The notes beneath the pieces were generated by a model. It made no database searches and was not told where the DNA came from. It was given only the letters and a program-made list of their open reading frames with translations. 62,063 nucleotides of DNA. Source: Chitinophaga pinensis (GTDB lineage: Bacteria > Bacteroidota > Bacteroidia > AKYH767-A > OLB10). The translations under genes were made by a program, and so were the position numbers. Numbering within the stretch: position 1 is the first letter of the stretch; every line of letters begins with the position of its first letter. Location: contig CALQOD010000003.1 of the NCBI GenBank assembly GCA_943332105.1, positions 1 to 62,063 on the forward strand, written 5' to 3'. Shown here in pieces: positions 39,938 through 49,561 of the stretch.

Positions 39938-40609
39938 ATGATTTTTGAATTAGCTGTCTTTCATCCGGACTCAGTTGCAATCGCGCAAGCATCCAAGGTG
40001 TCGCGCATTGAGCTTTGTGATAATTATTCAGTGGGTGGTATTACTCCGTCAATTGATAATTTTATTGCAACACGTAAAATATTTGAAGGACCTATCATGG
40101 TTATGATACGCCCTAGGGCAGGAGATTTTATTTATGATGATGAGCTACTTAATCAGATGGTTGATGAGATTAAAGCATTTGATAATAGGGGAGCCGATGG
40201 ATTTGTATTTGGATGTTTGAATGCTGATAAAAGCGTTAATGCCTCGCAGTTAGAAAAGCTTGTAAATGCTGCTAATGGAAAACCAACAACTTTTAATCGT
40301 GCAATTGATGAGGTGGTAGATTACGAAGCAGGATTACAAACGTTGATTAATTGTGGCGTAAGTAATGTGTTAACAACAGCGGGAGCATCAAGTGCCTTGC
40401 AAGGAAAACTAACGATTGAATCAATGATTAATCGATTTGGAACTCAATTAAATTTTATTGCAGGTGGTGGAGTTAGAAGTAACAATGTGTCGGAGTTGTT
40501 ATTGAACTCAAACATTACGCAAATACACAGTGCTGCAATTATAAACAGTCCAGATTTTATTGCAGATAAAAACGAAGTGATTGCAATTATTGAAAAAATA
40601 AAAAACTAA
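39938..40609 (+). CDS. cutC: CutC family protein
   Basis: RIELC...GGITPS, MIRPRAGDF, GFVFG, AGGGVR. Confidence 0.92.
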   Translation: MIFELAVFHPDSVAIAQASKVSRIELCDNYSVGGITPSIDNFIATRKIFEGPIMVMIRPRAGDFIYDDELLNQMVDEIKAFDNRGADGFVFGCLNADKSVNASQLEKLVNAANGKPTTFNRAIDEVVDYEAGLQTLINCGVSNVLTTAGASSALQGKLTIESMINRFGTQLNFIAGGGVRSNNVSELLLNSNITQIHSAAIINSPDFIADKNEVIAIIEKIKN

Positions 40610-42768
40610 AATTTATATTTCATCGACAAGTTTATTACTCTTCCTTCAGTTGGTCCCCATAATTGAGTATAAATAGGAGGTCCATTTTCGATTTTTACCA
40701 CCAATGGCTCGTATTTCGATTGTTTGAAATCAAGAATGTTTTCACAATTTAACACGATGCTTAATCGGTTTATTTTTCGTTCTATCATGGCTGCAGTAAA
40801 CCAGTAATCTGGAACGTTTTGGTAGTTTTCATTTACTTGATTTGCATTATAAGCAGCTTCAATTCCCATTCGCCATTTATTCTCTATTTCATAAGCTAGA
40901 GTAATTGCAAATTTATCATTCGGGTTAAATGGCAACTTGTAGTTTTTATTTTGAATTTCATGATAAGCCCTCGTATGATTATAGCCTAAATATAATTCCC
41001 AATCTTCAAGGCTAAGTCGGATATAAGTATCTGTACCAATACTTTTCACCTTTCCGGTTTCATTAGTTATAAAAACATCTCCAATATAATTTTTATGTAC
41101 AATTGCAGGGTTAGAAATGTCTGTATAATAAAATGCTTGATTAATATCTAGATGAACTTTGTTCCCAATTAATACAGAGTAATTAATATCTGTATTGTAA
41201 CCATTTGATTTTTCTATTTGCAATTCATTGGCTGATGCTTGATAAGATTTGAATTCAGTTACTTCTAACTCATTTAATACAGCGGGCTTTCTATATCCAC
41301 TTGCATAACGAATGCGAATAGATAAATCATTGTTGGGTTTAATAAAAAATCCTAGAGAGGGAAGATGTATGGAGTTCTTATTTGCATAATCAAATCGATA
41401 GCCCAAATCAAGTATAACTTTTTCAGATAGTTTATAGTCGTCTTGTAAAAATACTCCAATGGTATTTCTGTTAAAATCACCAAATGGTATACTGTCGTTT
41501 TGAGCATGAGAGAAGTTGCTTGTAATAATATTTATTCCTGCAACAGCCGTATGTTTTCCTTTTATAGAGACTATATTTATTTCTTGATATGAGTTTGTTT
41601 CTTTACCATTAAAAATCATATCTGGATTGGAATAATCACGTTTGTAAAAAGAAACTGCACTTCTGTAATGCAAAGAAGAAGCTTCGTTTAATTTATATTC
41701 GGCAGTAAGGTCTCCTGAGTTTCTAACATATTTTTCTATAACATGATAGTTGTTGGTAGCTGTTATTCCATTTGTAAGTGCATTTATCAATCCTGATTCA
41801 CGGTTATCATAATTTAAATTATAACCTAAATTAACTTTTAAATTATTGTTTTCGTAAAACAGTCGCGGATGAACAATATAGTTTCTGTCCTTAGGCACTT
41901 CTAAATACCCATCTTTATCAATATCATTAGCCTCTTTTACATTACCTCCCAAGAATAAGGTATAACCAAATTTATTTTTTTTCTGTCCTGCAAAAAAGTT
42001 TAGATTGTTCTCATTTAATGTAGTATGGTTACCCACAATTGTTCCTTTAAGAGAATCGGTTGGTGTTTTTGAAATGAAATTAATTACACCACCAATTGCA
42101 CTTTCACCATATAAAGTGGATCCGCATCCTTTTATTATTTCTACTTGTTGTAAGTCGAGGGGGGGAATACTTAAAACACCTAATGATCCTGAAAATCCAT
42201 CATATAGTGGAAGTCCGTCTTTAATAATTTTAGTGTATTTACTTTCTAAACCTTGAATTCGTATTGCATCATTTCCATTGACAGGATTTGTTTTTTGAAC
42301 AGTGATAACCGAAAGGTCTCCTAGTATGCTTCCAATTCCACCAGGCACAATGCTACTTTCTTCATCCATTTCTTCTTTTCCGAGGACTTCTACTTTAACA
42401 GGTAAGTCTTCTATTCGCGCATTGGTTCGGGTACTAGAAATAATTACTTCGTCAAAAACAAGAGGGGATAATTTTGTTGTCATCGACTCTTCCAACTCTG
42501 CTTCGGAAAGTTGTATGGTTTTCTTAATATATCCAACGGCAGATAAAATAATTTTATAATCTGATGTGACTGAAAAAATTAAGTTGATGTTACCATTGAC
42601 ATCAGCATTGCCTCCAACATTTTCATGCGGTTGATACGCGGTAAAAAATGGTATGGCAGTATTTGATAAGCTATCTACAACAGTTAGTTGTATTTTATGT
42701 ATCGGGTTTTGAGCCTGTACTTGAAGCCCTGTAATAAAAATGACTATGATGATCAGAATTCTTTTCAT
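40606..42768 (-). CDS. TonB-dependent receptor (non-SusC) with N-terminal carboxypeptidase-regulatory-like domain
   Basis: SAVGY N-terminal domain; plug IRIQGL...VEIIKG..STLYG..AIGGVIN; terminal MKYKF. Confidence 0.88.
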   Translation of the reverse strand: MKRILIIIVIFITGLQVQAQNPIHKIQLTVVDSLSNTAIPFFTAYQPHENVGGNADVNGNINLIFSVTSDYKIILSAVGYIKKTIQLSEAELEESMTTKLSPLVFDEVIISSTRTNARIEDLPVKVEVLGKEEMDEESSIVPGGIGSILGDLSVITVQKTNPVNGNDAIRIQGLESKYTKIIKDGLPLYDGFSGSLGVLSIPPLDLQQVEIIKGCGSTLYGESAIGGVINFISKTPTDSLKGTIVGNHTTLNENNLNFFAGQKKNKFGYTLFLGGNVKEANDIDKDGYLEVPKDRNYIVHPRLFYENNNLKVNLGYNLNYDNRESGLINALTNGITATNNYHVIEKYVRNSGDLTAEYKLNEASSLHYRSAVSFYKRDYSNPDMIFNGKETNSYQEINIVSIKGKHTAVAGINIITSNFSHAQNDSIPFGDFNRNTIGVFLQDDYKLSEKVILDLGYRFDYANKNSIHLPSLGFFIKPNNDLSIRIRYASGYRKPAVLNELEVTEFKSYQASANELQIEKSNGYNTDINYSVLIGNKVHLDINQAFYYTDISNPAIVHKNYIGDVFITNETGKVKSIGTDTYIRLSLEDWELYLGYNHTRAYHEIQNKNYKLPFNPNDKFAITLAYEIENKWRMGIEAAYNANQVNENYQNVPDYWFTAAMIERKINRLSIVLNCENILDFKQSKYEPLVVKIENGPPIYTQLWGPTEGRVINLSMKYKF

Positions 42769-42819
42769 GTATCAAAGGAAACAAGAATACCTATTTAAAA
42801 CGAATTTATTTGGTTAATT

Positions 42820-43392
42820 TTAGGCTTGTCGGGACATTAAAGACTGACGCTGACGAAAATATTCGTCCTCTGAAATAAATCCTTTATTCTTAAGCATCTC
42901 CAAACTCTCAAGTTGCGGATTCGAATGTACTTGTCCGATAACGTTACCGCTGTTATTACTTTGACTCACAGGTTGAGAGGTAATACGTTTAATTGCGTAA
43001 AAGATTATTCCGAATTGAATTAGGACAAAGAGTACGAAAAATAAAATGATGATAAATAAATAATGCATTGATTCTGATAATGATTCGCTGTGCGAGTTTT
43101 CTAAATTCAATTGCACAATATAATTGGCTGAATCTGAACGCAATTTTTCAATCTTGTGTTTTCTATTTCCCATCTCAATCAACAAAATTGTTTTTTGATC
43201 TTCCAGTTCTTCAGTAACTCCTTCTAAACTGTCAATCTTCGATTGAAACGACTTCTGATAGCGTGTAACTACCTGCTCTTCTGTTTGAGACGTACTGTTT
43301 GATTCTTTTCTCGGGCGTTTCGACAAAGCAACATCAGTCGTTAAAAACATAACAACTAATAGTAGTAAAAAGCTCGATTTCTTAAATGACAT
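42820..43392 (-). CDS. Hypothetical: signal peptide, coiled coil, TM, C-terminal SHOCT-like motif
   Basis: LESLEMLKNKGFISEDEYFRQRQSLM. Confidence 0.7.
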   Translation of the reverse strand: MSFKKSSFLLLLVVMFLTTDVALSKRPRKESNSTSQTEEQVVTRYQKSFQSKIDSLEGVTEELEDQKTILLIEMGNRKHKIEKLRSDSANYIVQLNLENSHSESLSESMHYLFIIILFFVLFVLIQFGIIFYAIKRITSQPVSQSNNSGNVIGQVHSNPQLESLEMLKNKGFISEDEYFRQRQSLMSRQA

Positions 43393-43415
43393 GAATAGGG
43401 GTTGCTTATCGTTTG

Positions 43416-43423
43416 CAAAGTTA
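43416..43423 (-). promoter_or_regulatory. -7 box (TAACTTTG)
   Basis: Exact TAnnTTTG upstream of ATG 43392. Confidence 0.65.
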
Positions 43424-43461
43424 CGACCTGAACCGATGCAAGTAAAGAAAAACTTTACTGA

Positions 43462-44376
43462 TTATTGTGTTTTTACCAAGTAATTAGCCACTTTCGCCCC
43501 TAGAAAAGCATTATTTTTTATTAAAGCAATGTTTGTAGCTAAACTACTGCCTCCCGTAATCTCTGCAATGCGCTTCAATAAGAAGGGTGTAGTTTCTTTC
43601 CCGCTTATCCCAGCCGTTTTAGCTTCAGCAAGTGATTGTTGTATCTTGTTTTCAATTTCAGTAAATGTGATTTCCATTTCTTTAGGTACTGGATTCGCTA
43701 TTAATACAGATCCGTTAATATGTAAATCCCACTTGACTTTTAATATTTCAGCAATTTCTTCTGCCGAGTCAGATGATAACGGTGATGTATAGCCGCTTTC
43801 TCTCGAATAAAAACTTGGAAATTCTTTTTGCGAATAGGTAATAACCGGAACTCCTAATGTTTCTAAATACTCTAAGGTTAATCCAATGTCTAAAATTGAT
43901 TTTACTCCCGCAGATACAATAGCAACATTAGTATTGCTCATCTCCGTTAAATCGGCTGATATGTCCATCGTTTGTTGCGCATTTCTATGTACGCCACCAA
44001 TGCCACCTGTAACGAATACTTTTATTCCTGCCATTGAAGCAATGCGCATCGTAGCAGCAACTGTTGTAGCACCTGCTAATTTCTTCGCAATTACATATGG
44101 CATGTCGCGTAGGCTCACTTTCCATACATCCTTTGCCTGACCTAAATATTCTAATTGTTCTTCGTTTAATCCAACGCAACATTGTCCATTTAATATGGCT
44201 ATCGTTGCTGGAATAGCGCCCTGCTCGCGAATAATATTTTCAACTGCTCGTGCTGTTGCGACATTTTGCGGATAGGGCATACCGTGAGAAATTATCGTCG
44301 ACTCTAATGCAACAATAGGCTTATTGTTTTTTAATGCATCAGCAACTTCAGGATGAATATTTAAGTAGTTATTCAT
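43462..44376 (-). CDS. psuG: Pseudouridine-5'-phosphate glycosidase
   Basis: ALESTIISHGMPYP, ATTVAATM, TGGIGGVHR, DISADL, TPFLL. Confidence 0.95.
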   Translation of the reverse strand: MNNYLNIHPEVADALKNNKPIVALESTIISHGMPYPQNVATARAVENIIREQGAIPATIAILNGQCCVGLNEEQLEYLGQAKDVWKVSLRDMPYVIAKKLAGATTVAATMRIASMAGIKVFVTGGIGGVHRNAQQTMDISADLTEMSNTNVAIVSAGVKSILDIGLTLEYLETLGVPVITYSQKEFPSFYSRESGYTSPLSSDSAEEIAEILKVKWDLHINGSVLIANPVPKEMEITFTEIENKIQQSLAEAKTAGISGKETTPFLLKRIAEITGGSSLATNIALIKNNAFLGAKVANYLVKTQ

Positions 44377-44377
44377 A

Positions 44378-45307
44378 TTAGTTTGGGAATAAACGATAAA
44401 CTTCTTCTTCTAATTTATCAGGAGTTAAATTGTGTACTATGGTTCCTTTCTGTTGTAATACTAATGCGGCTAAAGTATGTCCGTATCTGATTTTATCTTC
44501 TGTCGATTTTTCATGCACAAAGCCATGCACCCAGCCAGCTAATGCCGCATCTCCGGCACCTGTAGTATCAATAACATTTACAGCGGGAGCATGCAATGAA
44601 AAATGACTGCTCTTATCGTAAATAGTTGAGCCATTTTCTCCTTGACGTAACCACACATGCTGCACACCTCTGGCCAATAATCCGTTAATCATTCCCTTTA
44701 ATCCCGGTTCGGATGCTACACTTTGTATCGATGAAAGTTCAACTTCATTTGGAGTAACTAAAAATAGATTCGATAAATCCATTGCGCCTAATTTTTTTGC
44801 TTTCGGAATGGATACTGGCTCGATGATACAAGGAATTACATTGTCAGAACAAAATTGAATTAACCACTGAATGCATTCAGGATTCATATTTGTATCTGTG
44901 ATTATAAGACCTGCATTTTTAAGGACATCAGTTTTTGTTTCTATTAAGGTTGAATTTAACAATGGTTCTAAATCGTTCACAACCGTACCCACAAATAGTT
45001 CACCGTCTGTGCCCAATACTGCAGTAAATCTTCCTGTAACACCATCAATGCGAAAAGTATGTTGCATATCAATTCCAGCCTGTGAACATTGTTCGTTCAG
45101 CCAATCGCCTTCTTTATCATTACCAAGAATTGTTATGAGTTGAACATTGTGATGTAGCAAGGCAAGATGGTGAGCAATGTTTCTTACAACACCGCCAGCA
45201 CTTAATTCAAGCTTTGCAGGATTACTAGTCCCTTTTATTGGAGGTTGCAAACAATAAAAGGTCTCATCAACTAAAGAACCTCCAATACATACTATAGGCT
45301 TATCCAT
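44378..45307 (-). CDS. psuK: PfkB-family kinase, probable pseudouridine kinase
   Basis: GGVVRNIA, TPNEVE, DTTGAGDA; directly upstream of psuG. Confidence 0.85.
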   Translation of the reverse strand: MDKPIVCIGGSLVDETFYCLQPPIKGTSNPAKLELSAGGVVRNIAHHLALLHHNVQLITILGNDKEGDWLNEQCSQAGIDMQHTFRIDGVTGRFTAVLGTDGELFVGTVVNDLEPLLNSTLIETKTDVLKNAGLIITDTNMNPECIQWLIQFCSDNVIPCIIEPVSIPKAKKLGAMDLSNLFLVTPNEVELSSIQSVASEPGLKGMINGLLARGVQHVWLRQGENGSTIYDKSSHFSLHAPAVNVIDTTGAGDAALAGWVHGFVHEKSTEDKIRYGHTLAALVLQQKGTIVHNLTPDKLEEEVYRLFPN

Positions 45308-45327
45308 GTTTATTCGGAATAAGCGAC

Positions 45328-45335
45328 CAAAGTTA
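45328..45335 (-). promoter_or_regulatory. -7 box (TAACTTTG) for psuK-psuG
   Basis: Exact TAnnTTTG upstream of ATG 45307. Confidence 0.7.
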
Positions 45336-45397
45336 GCCGTTAATTACTATTCAAAAAACATATTCTCATGTTTTTCAAAATGTTTTACCTTTATAGC

Positions 45398-45817
45398 ATG
45401 GTAAATAAGATACTTATTGCTTTTGCACTCATTTTTTCTGCGCTTACCTCCAAACTAAATGCGCAGAATACTTCTGTAAAAATATTCAGTAGTCCGCTAT
45501 TGTTTTATAACGAGGATATTTTATCCTACCAGCAGATTATGCATAAGTATCAACGCTACGACGAAATGATGCCTTTCTTTTACGGACCGCTTTGCAACAA
45601 TAAAGTTGGATTAGAAAAGCGAATCAGCGACGACGATTTTGGATATGATTTATCTATGGTTGGTTCGAAACAAATTAATTCAACTGAATGGTCGATTACC
45701 TATCAGAAAATAATTTACGGCACTAAAAAGAATTTCAAAATCAATTGTAAATTAATCAACGATACTTGTCGTATTTATCTCGACGAAACTATTTACAAGA
45801 AGATTTTCAAAGATTAA
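45398..45817 (+). CDS. Hypothetical exported protein
   Basis: Signal peptide [22 protein letters not shown]; 3' end overlaps the purL stop by 4 nt. Confidence 0.6.
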   Translation: MVNKILIAFALIFSALTSKLNAQNTSVKIFSSPLLFYNEDILSYQQIMHKYQRYDEMMPFFYGPLCNNKVGLEKRISDDDFGYDLSMVGSKQINSTEWSITYQKIIYGTKKNFKINCKLINDTCRIYLDETIYKKIFKD

Positions 45818-48057
45818 TGACTATCATTCATTAAATCGCCAATCGCATTATTGTATTTCGTGCTATAATCAGCTGATGAACCATAATTTGTTTCATCAAT
45901 ATGAATTTCGCCAGCTGTTACTTCTCCTAAGTTCATAAAGTCGACATTCGTTTCAGCAAGTAAAGCAGTGAATACATCTAACTTTTCTTCGTTCACACTT
46001 ACTACAATTCTGCTCTGTGATTCGCCAAATAAAAACGCATCTTTACGAATATCTTCATCGCACTCAATCTTAAATCCTAATCCGCGAGGCATAGCTGATT
46101 CAAGCAAAGTGATAAACAATCCACCATCAGAAACATCATGCGCACTTTCAATCAGGTTTTCTTCAATCAACGATTTAACTACATTCTGCACATCTAGCTC
46201 TTCATCTAAATCGATGTAGGGTGCTTGTGAATTTTTTACGTTGCAATAAGAGTATAAATATTCTGATGAGTTAATATCATTACGAGAAGTGCCAATCAAG
46301 AAAATAGAATCACCTGCATTCTTAAAATCTAAACTCATGCGCTTACGCTTATCAGGAATAATTCCAACCATCCCAATTGTTGGAGTAGGGAATACAGGTA
46401 CTTCACCGTGCTCTGATTTCGATTGATTATAGAAACTTACATTTCCTCCTGTTACTGGTGTTTCAAATCTGCGACAAGCTGCACTCATTCCTTTAATCGC
46501 ATGCACAAATTGCCAGTATACTTCTGGGTTATAAGGATTACCAAAATTCAAACAGTTTGTTACAGCTGATGGTTGTCCGCCTGCACAAATAATATTTCTC
46601 GCTGCTTCAGCAACTGCAATTTTACAACCTTCTTCTGCATGCGCATACACATATCTCGAATTACAATCTACTGTTAATGCTAACGCTTTATTCGTATCAC
46701 GCACATCAACTATCGCAGCATCCGAAGGAGCATTTGTCGTCATGTTAATTGTTCCAACCATCGAGTCATACTGTGTAGTAACCCAACGCTTCGATGCAAT
46801 GTTCGGGTGACTTACTAAATGATTGATGATAGGTTGAATATCTGATGGCTCATTGATTGAATCAATAGTAAATGCATTGTTTTTTGCTAGGTAAGCAGGC
46901 TCTTTGTATTCACGCTCGTAAATAGGAGCACCACCACCAAGCACTAACGCTTCAGCAGGTACGTCAGCAAGTAATTCTCCATGCATCATGAATTTTAATC
47001 GGTCACCTTCCGTCACTTCTCCAATTTGCGTGCAGTTCAAGTCCCACTTTTTAAATATGGTTTCTACTTCTTCTTCTCTACCTTTTTCTACTACCACTAG
47101 CATACGCTCTTGACTCTCACTTAAAAGAATTTCCCATCCTTTCATATTGCTTTGTCGAGTCGGACATTTATCTAAGTGAATCACCATTCCGTGTTTCCCT
47201 TTCGCCGACATTTCAGAGGTAGAACAAATAATTCCTGCAGCACCCATGTCTTGCATGCCAACTACTGCGCCTGTCTTGATAATTTCTAAGGAAGCTTCTA
47301 ATAATAATTTCTCCATAAAGGGATCTCCCACCTGAACAGATGGTAAATCTTCATGAGAATCTGCGTGTAAGTCGCCAGATGCAAAAGTAGCTCCGTGTAT
47401 TCCGTCTTTGCCTGTTGATGATCCAACAATATAAACAGGATTGCCAGCACCGTAAGAGATAGCCGAAACTGTTTCGCCTTCTTTCACTAATCCAACCGAC
47501 ATTGCATTCACTAAAATATTTACGTTGTAAGAATCATCAAAAAATACTTCACCACCTACTGTGGGAATTCCGAATGCATTGCCATAATTACCAATTCCTT
47601 TTACAACACCTTTCATTAACCATTTTGTGCGAGCTAAATTCGGATTTCCAAATCGCAAAGAGTTTAATTGTGCAATCGGACGAGCGCCCATTGTGAAAAT
47701 ATCACGGTTAATTCCGCCAACACCTGTTGCCGCTCCCTGATAAGGTTCAATAGCCGAAGGGTGATTATGCGATTCAATCTTAAATGCACAAGCTAATCCA
47801 TCTCCAATGGATACCAGCCCCGCATTTTCTTCTCCCGCTTTCGCCAGCATGTGAGGACCATCTTTTGGCAATGTTTTAAGCCAAACGATAGAATTCTTAT
47901 ATGAGCAGTGTTCCGACCACATCACAGAAAATATACTTAGCTCGGTAAAGTTCGGCGTACGACCTAAAATACTCTTGATTTTTTCAAATTCCTCAGGTAG
48001 TAAACCTAATTTCTGGGCTGTTGATACACTGATTTGGTCTTCGGCTGTAGCTGACAT
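45814..48057 (-). CDS. purL: Phosphoribosylformylglycinamidine synthase subunit PurL (small type)
   Basis: [44 protein letters not shown]. Confidence 0.97.
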   Translation of the reverse strand: MSATAEDQISVSTAQKLGLLPEEFEKIKSILGRTPNFTELSIFSVMWSEHCSYKNSIVWLKTLPKDGPHMLAKAGEENAGLVSIGDGLACAFKIESHNHPSAIEPYQGAATGVGGINRDIFTMGARPIAQLNSLRFGNPNLARTKWLMKGVVKGIGNYGNAFGIPTVGGEVFFDDSYNVNILVNAMSVGLVKEGETVSAISYGAGNPVYIVGSSTGKDGIHGATFASGDLHADSHEDLPSVQVGDPFMEKLLLEASLEIIKTGAVVGMQDMGAAGIICSTSEMSAKGKHGMVIHLDKCPTRQSNMKGWEILLSESQERMLVVVEKGREEEVETIFKKWDLNCTQIGEVTEGDRLKFMMHGELLADVPAEALVLGGGAPIYEREYKEPAYLAKNNAFTIDSINEPSDIQPIINHLVSHPNIASKRWVTTQYDSMVGTINMTTNAPSDAAIVDVRDTNKALALTVDCNSRYVYAHAEEGCKIAVAEAARNIICAGGQPSAVTNCLNFGNPYNPEVYWQFVHAIKGMSAACRRFETPVTGGNVSFYNQSKSEHGEVPVFPTPTIGMVGIIPDKRKRMSLDFKNAGDSIFLIGTSRNDINSSEYLYSYCNVKNSQAPYIDLDEELDVQNVVKSLIEENLIESAHDVSDGGLFITLLESAMPRGLGFKIECDEDIRKDAFLFGESQSRIVVSVNEEKLDVFTALLAETNVDFMNLGEVTAGEIHIDETNYGSSADYSTKYNNAIGDLMNDSH

Positions 48058-48089
48058 ATGCTAAATATTAAGGTTAAATAAATATGAGG

Positions 48090-48097
48090 CAAAAGTA
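48090..48097 (-). promoter_or_regulatory. -7 box (TACTTTTG) for purL
   Basis: Exact TAnnTTTG. Confidence 0.7.
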
Positions 48098-48238
48098 ACA
48101 AAGTCATTTTTCTTTTTGAAGAGCGGGGCCACTAATTAAACATGATTTATCAAAAAAATAATACGCGGTTGTTCACAACTATATTCGTAAATATTCAATA
48201 AAATTCAGAGATAATTCTTATTACCTGCTTCCTTTTTT

Positions 48239-48246
48239 TATTTTTG
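48239..48246 (+). promoter_or_regulatory. -7 box (TATTTTTG)
   Basis: Exact TAnnTTTG 4 nt upstream of ATG 48251. Confidence 0.6.
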
Positions 48247-48250
48247 ACCT

Positions 48251-49561
48251 ATGCTCGAATTCATCCTTTCGCTGGCAATTATTGCGTTTGCTATCTTTTT
48301 AATCGATAGGATACCTGTATTTCAACATCAGAAAATAAATACGGGTACGTTCAAAATTATTTTTCTGGTGAAATTAGTTGCCGGCTTTTTACTGTACCTG
48401 ATTTATACCCGTTACTATACTGATCGTGCTACTGCAGATATATTCCGTTACTTCGATGATGCAGATATAATGTATCAGTCTCTCTTTACTCATCCTTACG
48501 ATTATTTACGAATGTTAACGGGTTATGATTCGGCAAGTCCCGATCTGCAGCATTACTACGATGCAATGCGTAATTGGTACAATACCGATATGGTTTTTAA
48601 TGACACACGAACCATGATTCGCTTCAGTGCATTTCTGAAATTGTTTTCACTTGGCACCTATTACCCGCATGCTGTTGTCATGTGTTTTTTATCGTTATGC
48701 GGATTAACAGCACTCTATCGTTTTTTTACATCTTTCATCGAAGGAAAAGAGTTAGTTTTACTAGTGGCTGTTTTTTTAATGCCCTCAACACTTATTTGGA
48801 CAAGCGGTTTGATCAAGGAAGCATTCTTGATTTTTTCTTTAGGGATGTTACTTAACACATTGTATAATCTGATAGAAAAAAAGGAAGTGACACGCAGAAA
48901 TTTTTGGCAGTTGATAATTTTTTTATGTTGTTTGTTCTTTATTAAGCCTTATATCATTTTCCTACTTGTTCCTTGCATTGCTAGTTGGATGCTATTAAAA
49001 AATAACGCTAATACGCAGTTTTTAAAAGTGGTTGCCGTTTATTTTGTATACGGATGTTTGGTTGTTTTTACAGCTGAATTTTTATTTGGAAAACGTATTC
49101 CTAAATTGCTTTTAGACAAGCAAACAGAGTTTTTTCATGTCGCTGATCGTGATCATGCGAATAGTTTAATTCAAATACCTCCACTAACCAATGCTTATTC
49201 CTCATTAATTGTTAATGCTCCTAATGCAATTAAGAATGTAATATTTCGTCCCTCTTTGTTTGAAGTAAAAAATCCTTTAATTTTATTAGCCGCAATAGAG
49301 AATTTGATTATTACAATCTCACTTTTATTTAGTTTGTATTTTGTATTCAAATCGAAATTTAAAATCGCCTCCTATTGGGTTCTGATAGCATTCTTTTTCT
49401 GTATGACTATTTTTGTTTTAACTGGATTGGTAACTCCGATATTAGGAGCAATTGTAAGATATAAAGTGCCTGCTTTACCATTTTTCCTTTTTGTAATCAT
49501 TAGTTATTTGCCCGAAATTAATTTAGGCAACTCAATAAGTAATTTAATAAAGAAGAACTGA
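48251..49561 (+). CDS. Polytopic membrane protein, GT-C/Wzy-like (paralog A)
   Basis: About 10 TMs; YY...ADIFRYFDD loop, IWTSGLIKEAF, GAIVRYK. Confidence 0.7.
   Translation: MLEFILSLAIIAFAIFLIDRIPVFQHQKINTGTFKIIFLVKLVAGFLLYLIYTRYYTDRATADIFRYFDDADIMYQSLFTHPYDYLRMLTGYDSASPDLQHYYDAMRNWYNTDMVFNDTRTMIRFSAFLKLFSLGTYYPHAVVMCFLSLCGLTALYRFFTSFIEGKELVLLVAVFLMPSTLIWTSGLIKEAFLIFSLGMLLNTLYNLIEKKEVTRRNFWQLIIFLCCLFFIKPYIIFLLVPCIASWMLLKNNANTQFLKVVAVYFVYGCLVVFTAEFLFGKRIPKLLLDKQTEFFHVADRDHANSLIQIPPLTNAYSSLIVNAPNAIKNVIFRPSLFEVKNPLILLAAIENLIITISLLFSLYFVFKSKFKIASYWVLIAFFFCMTIFVLTGLVTPILGAIVRYKVPALPFFLFVIISYLPEINLGNSISNLIKKN

Noticed and set aside
40606-42768. TBDR as the SusC of the glycan cluster
   Set aside because: Opposite strand, only 720 aa, no SusC signature and no SusD.
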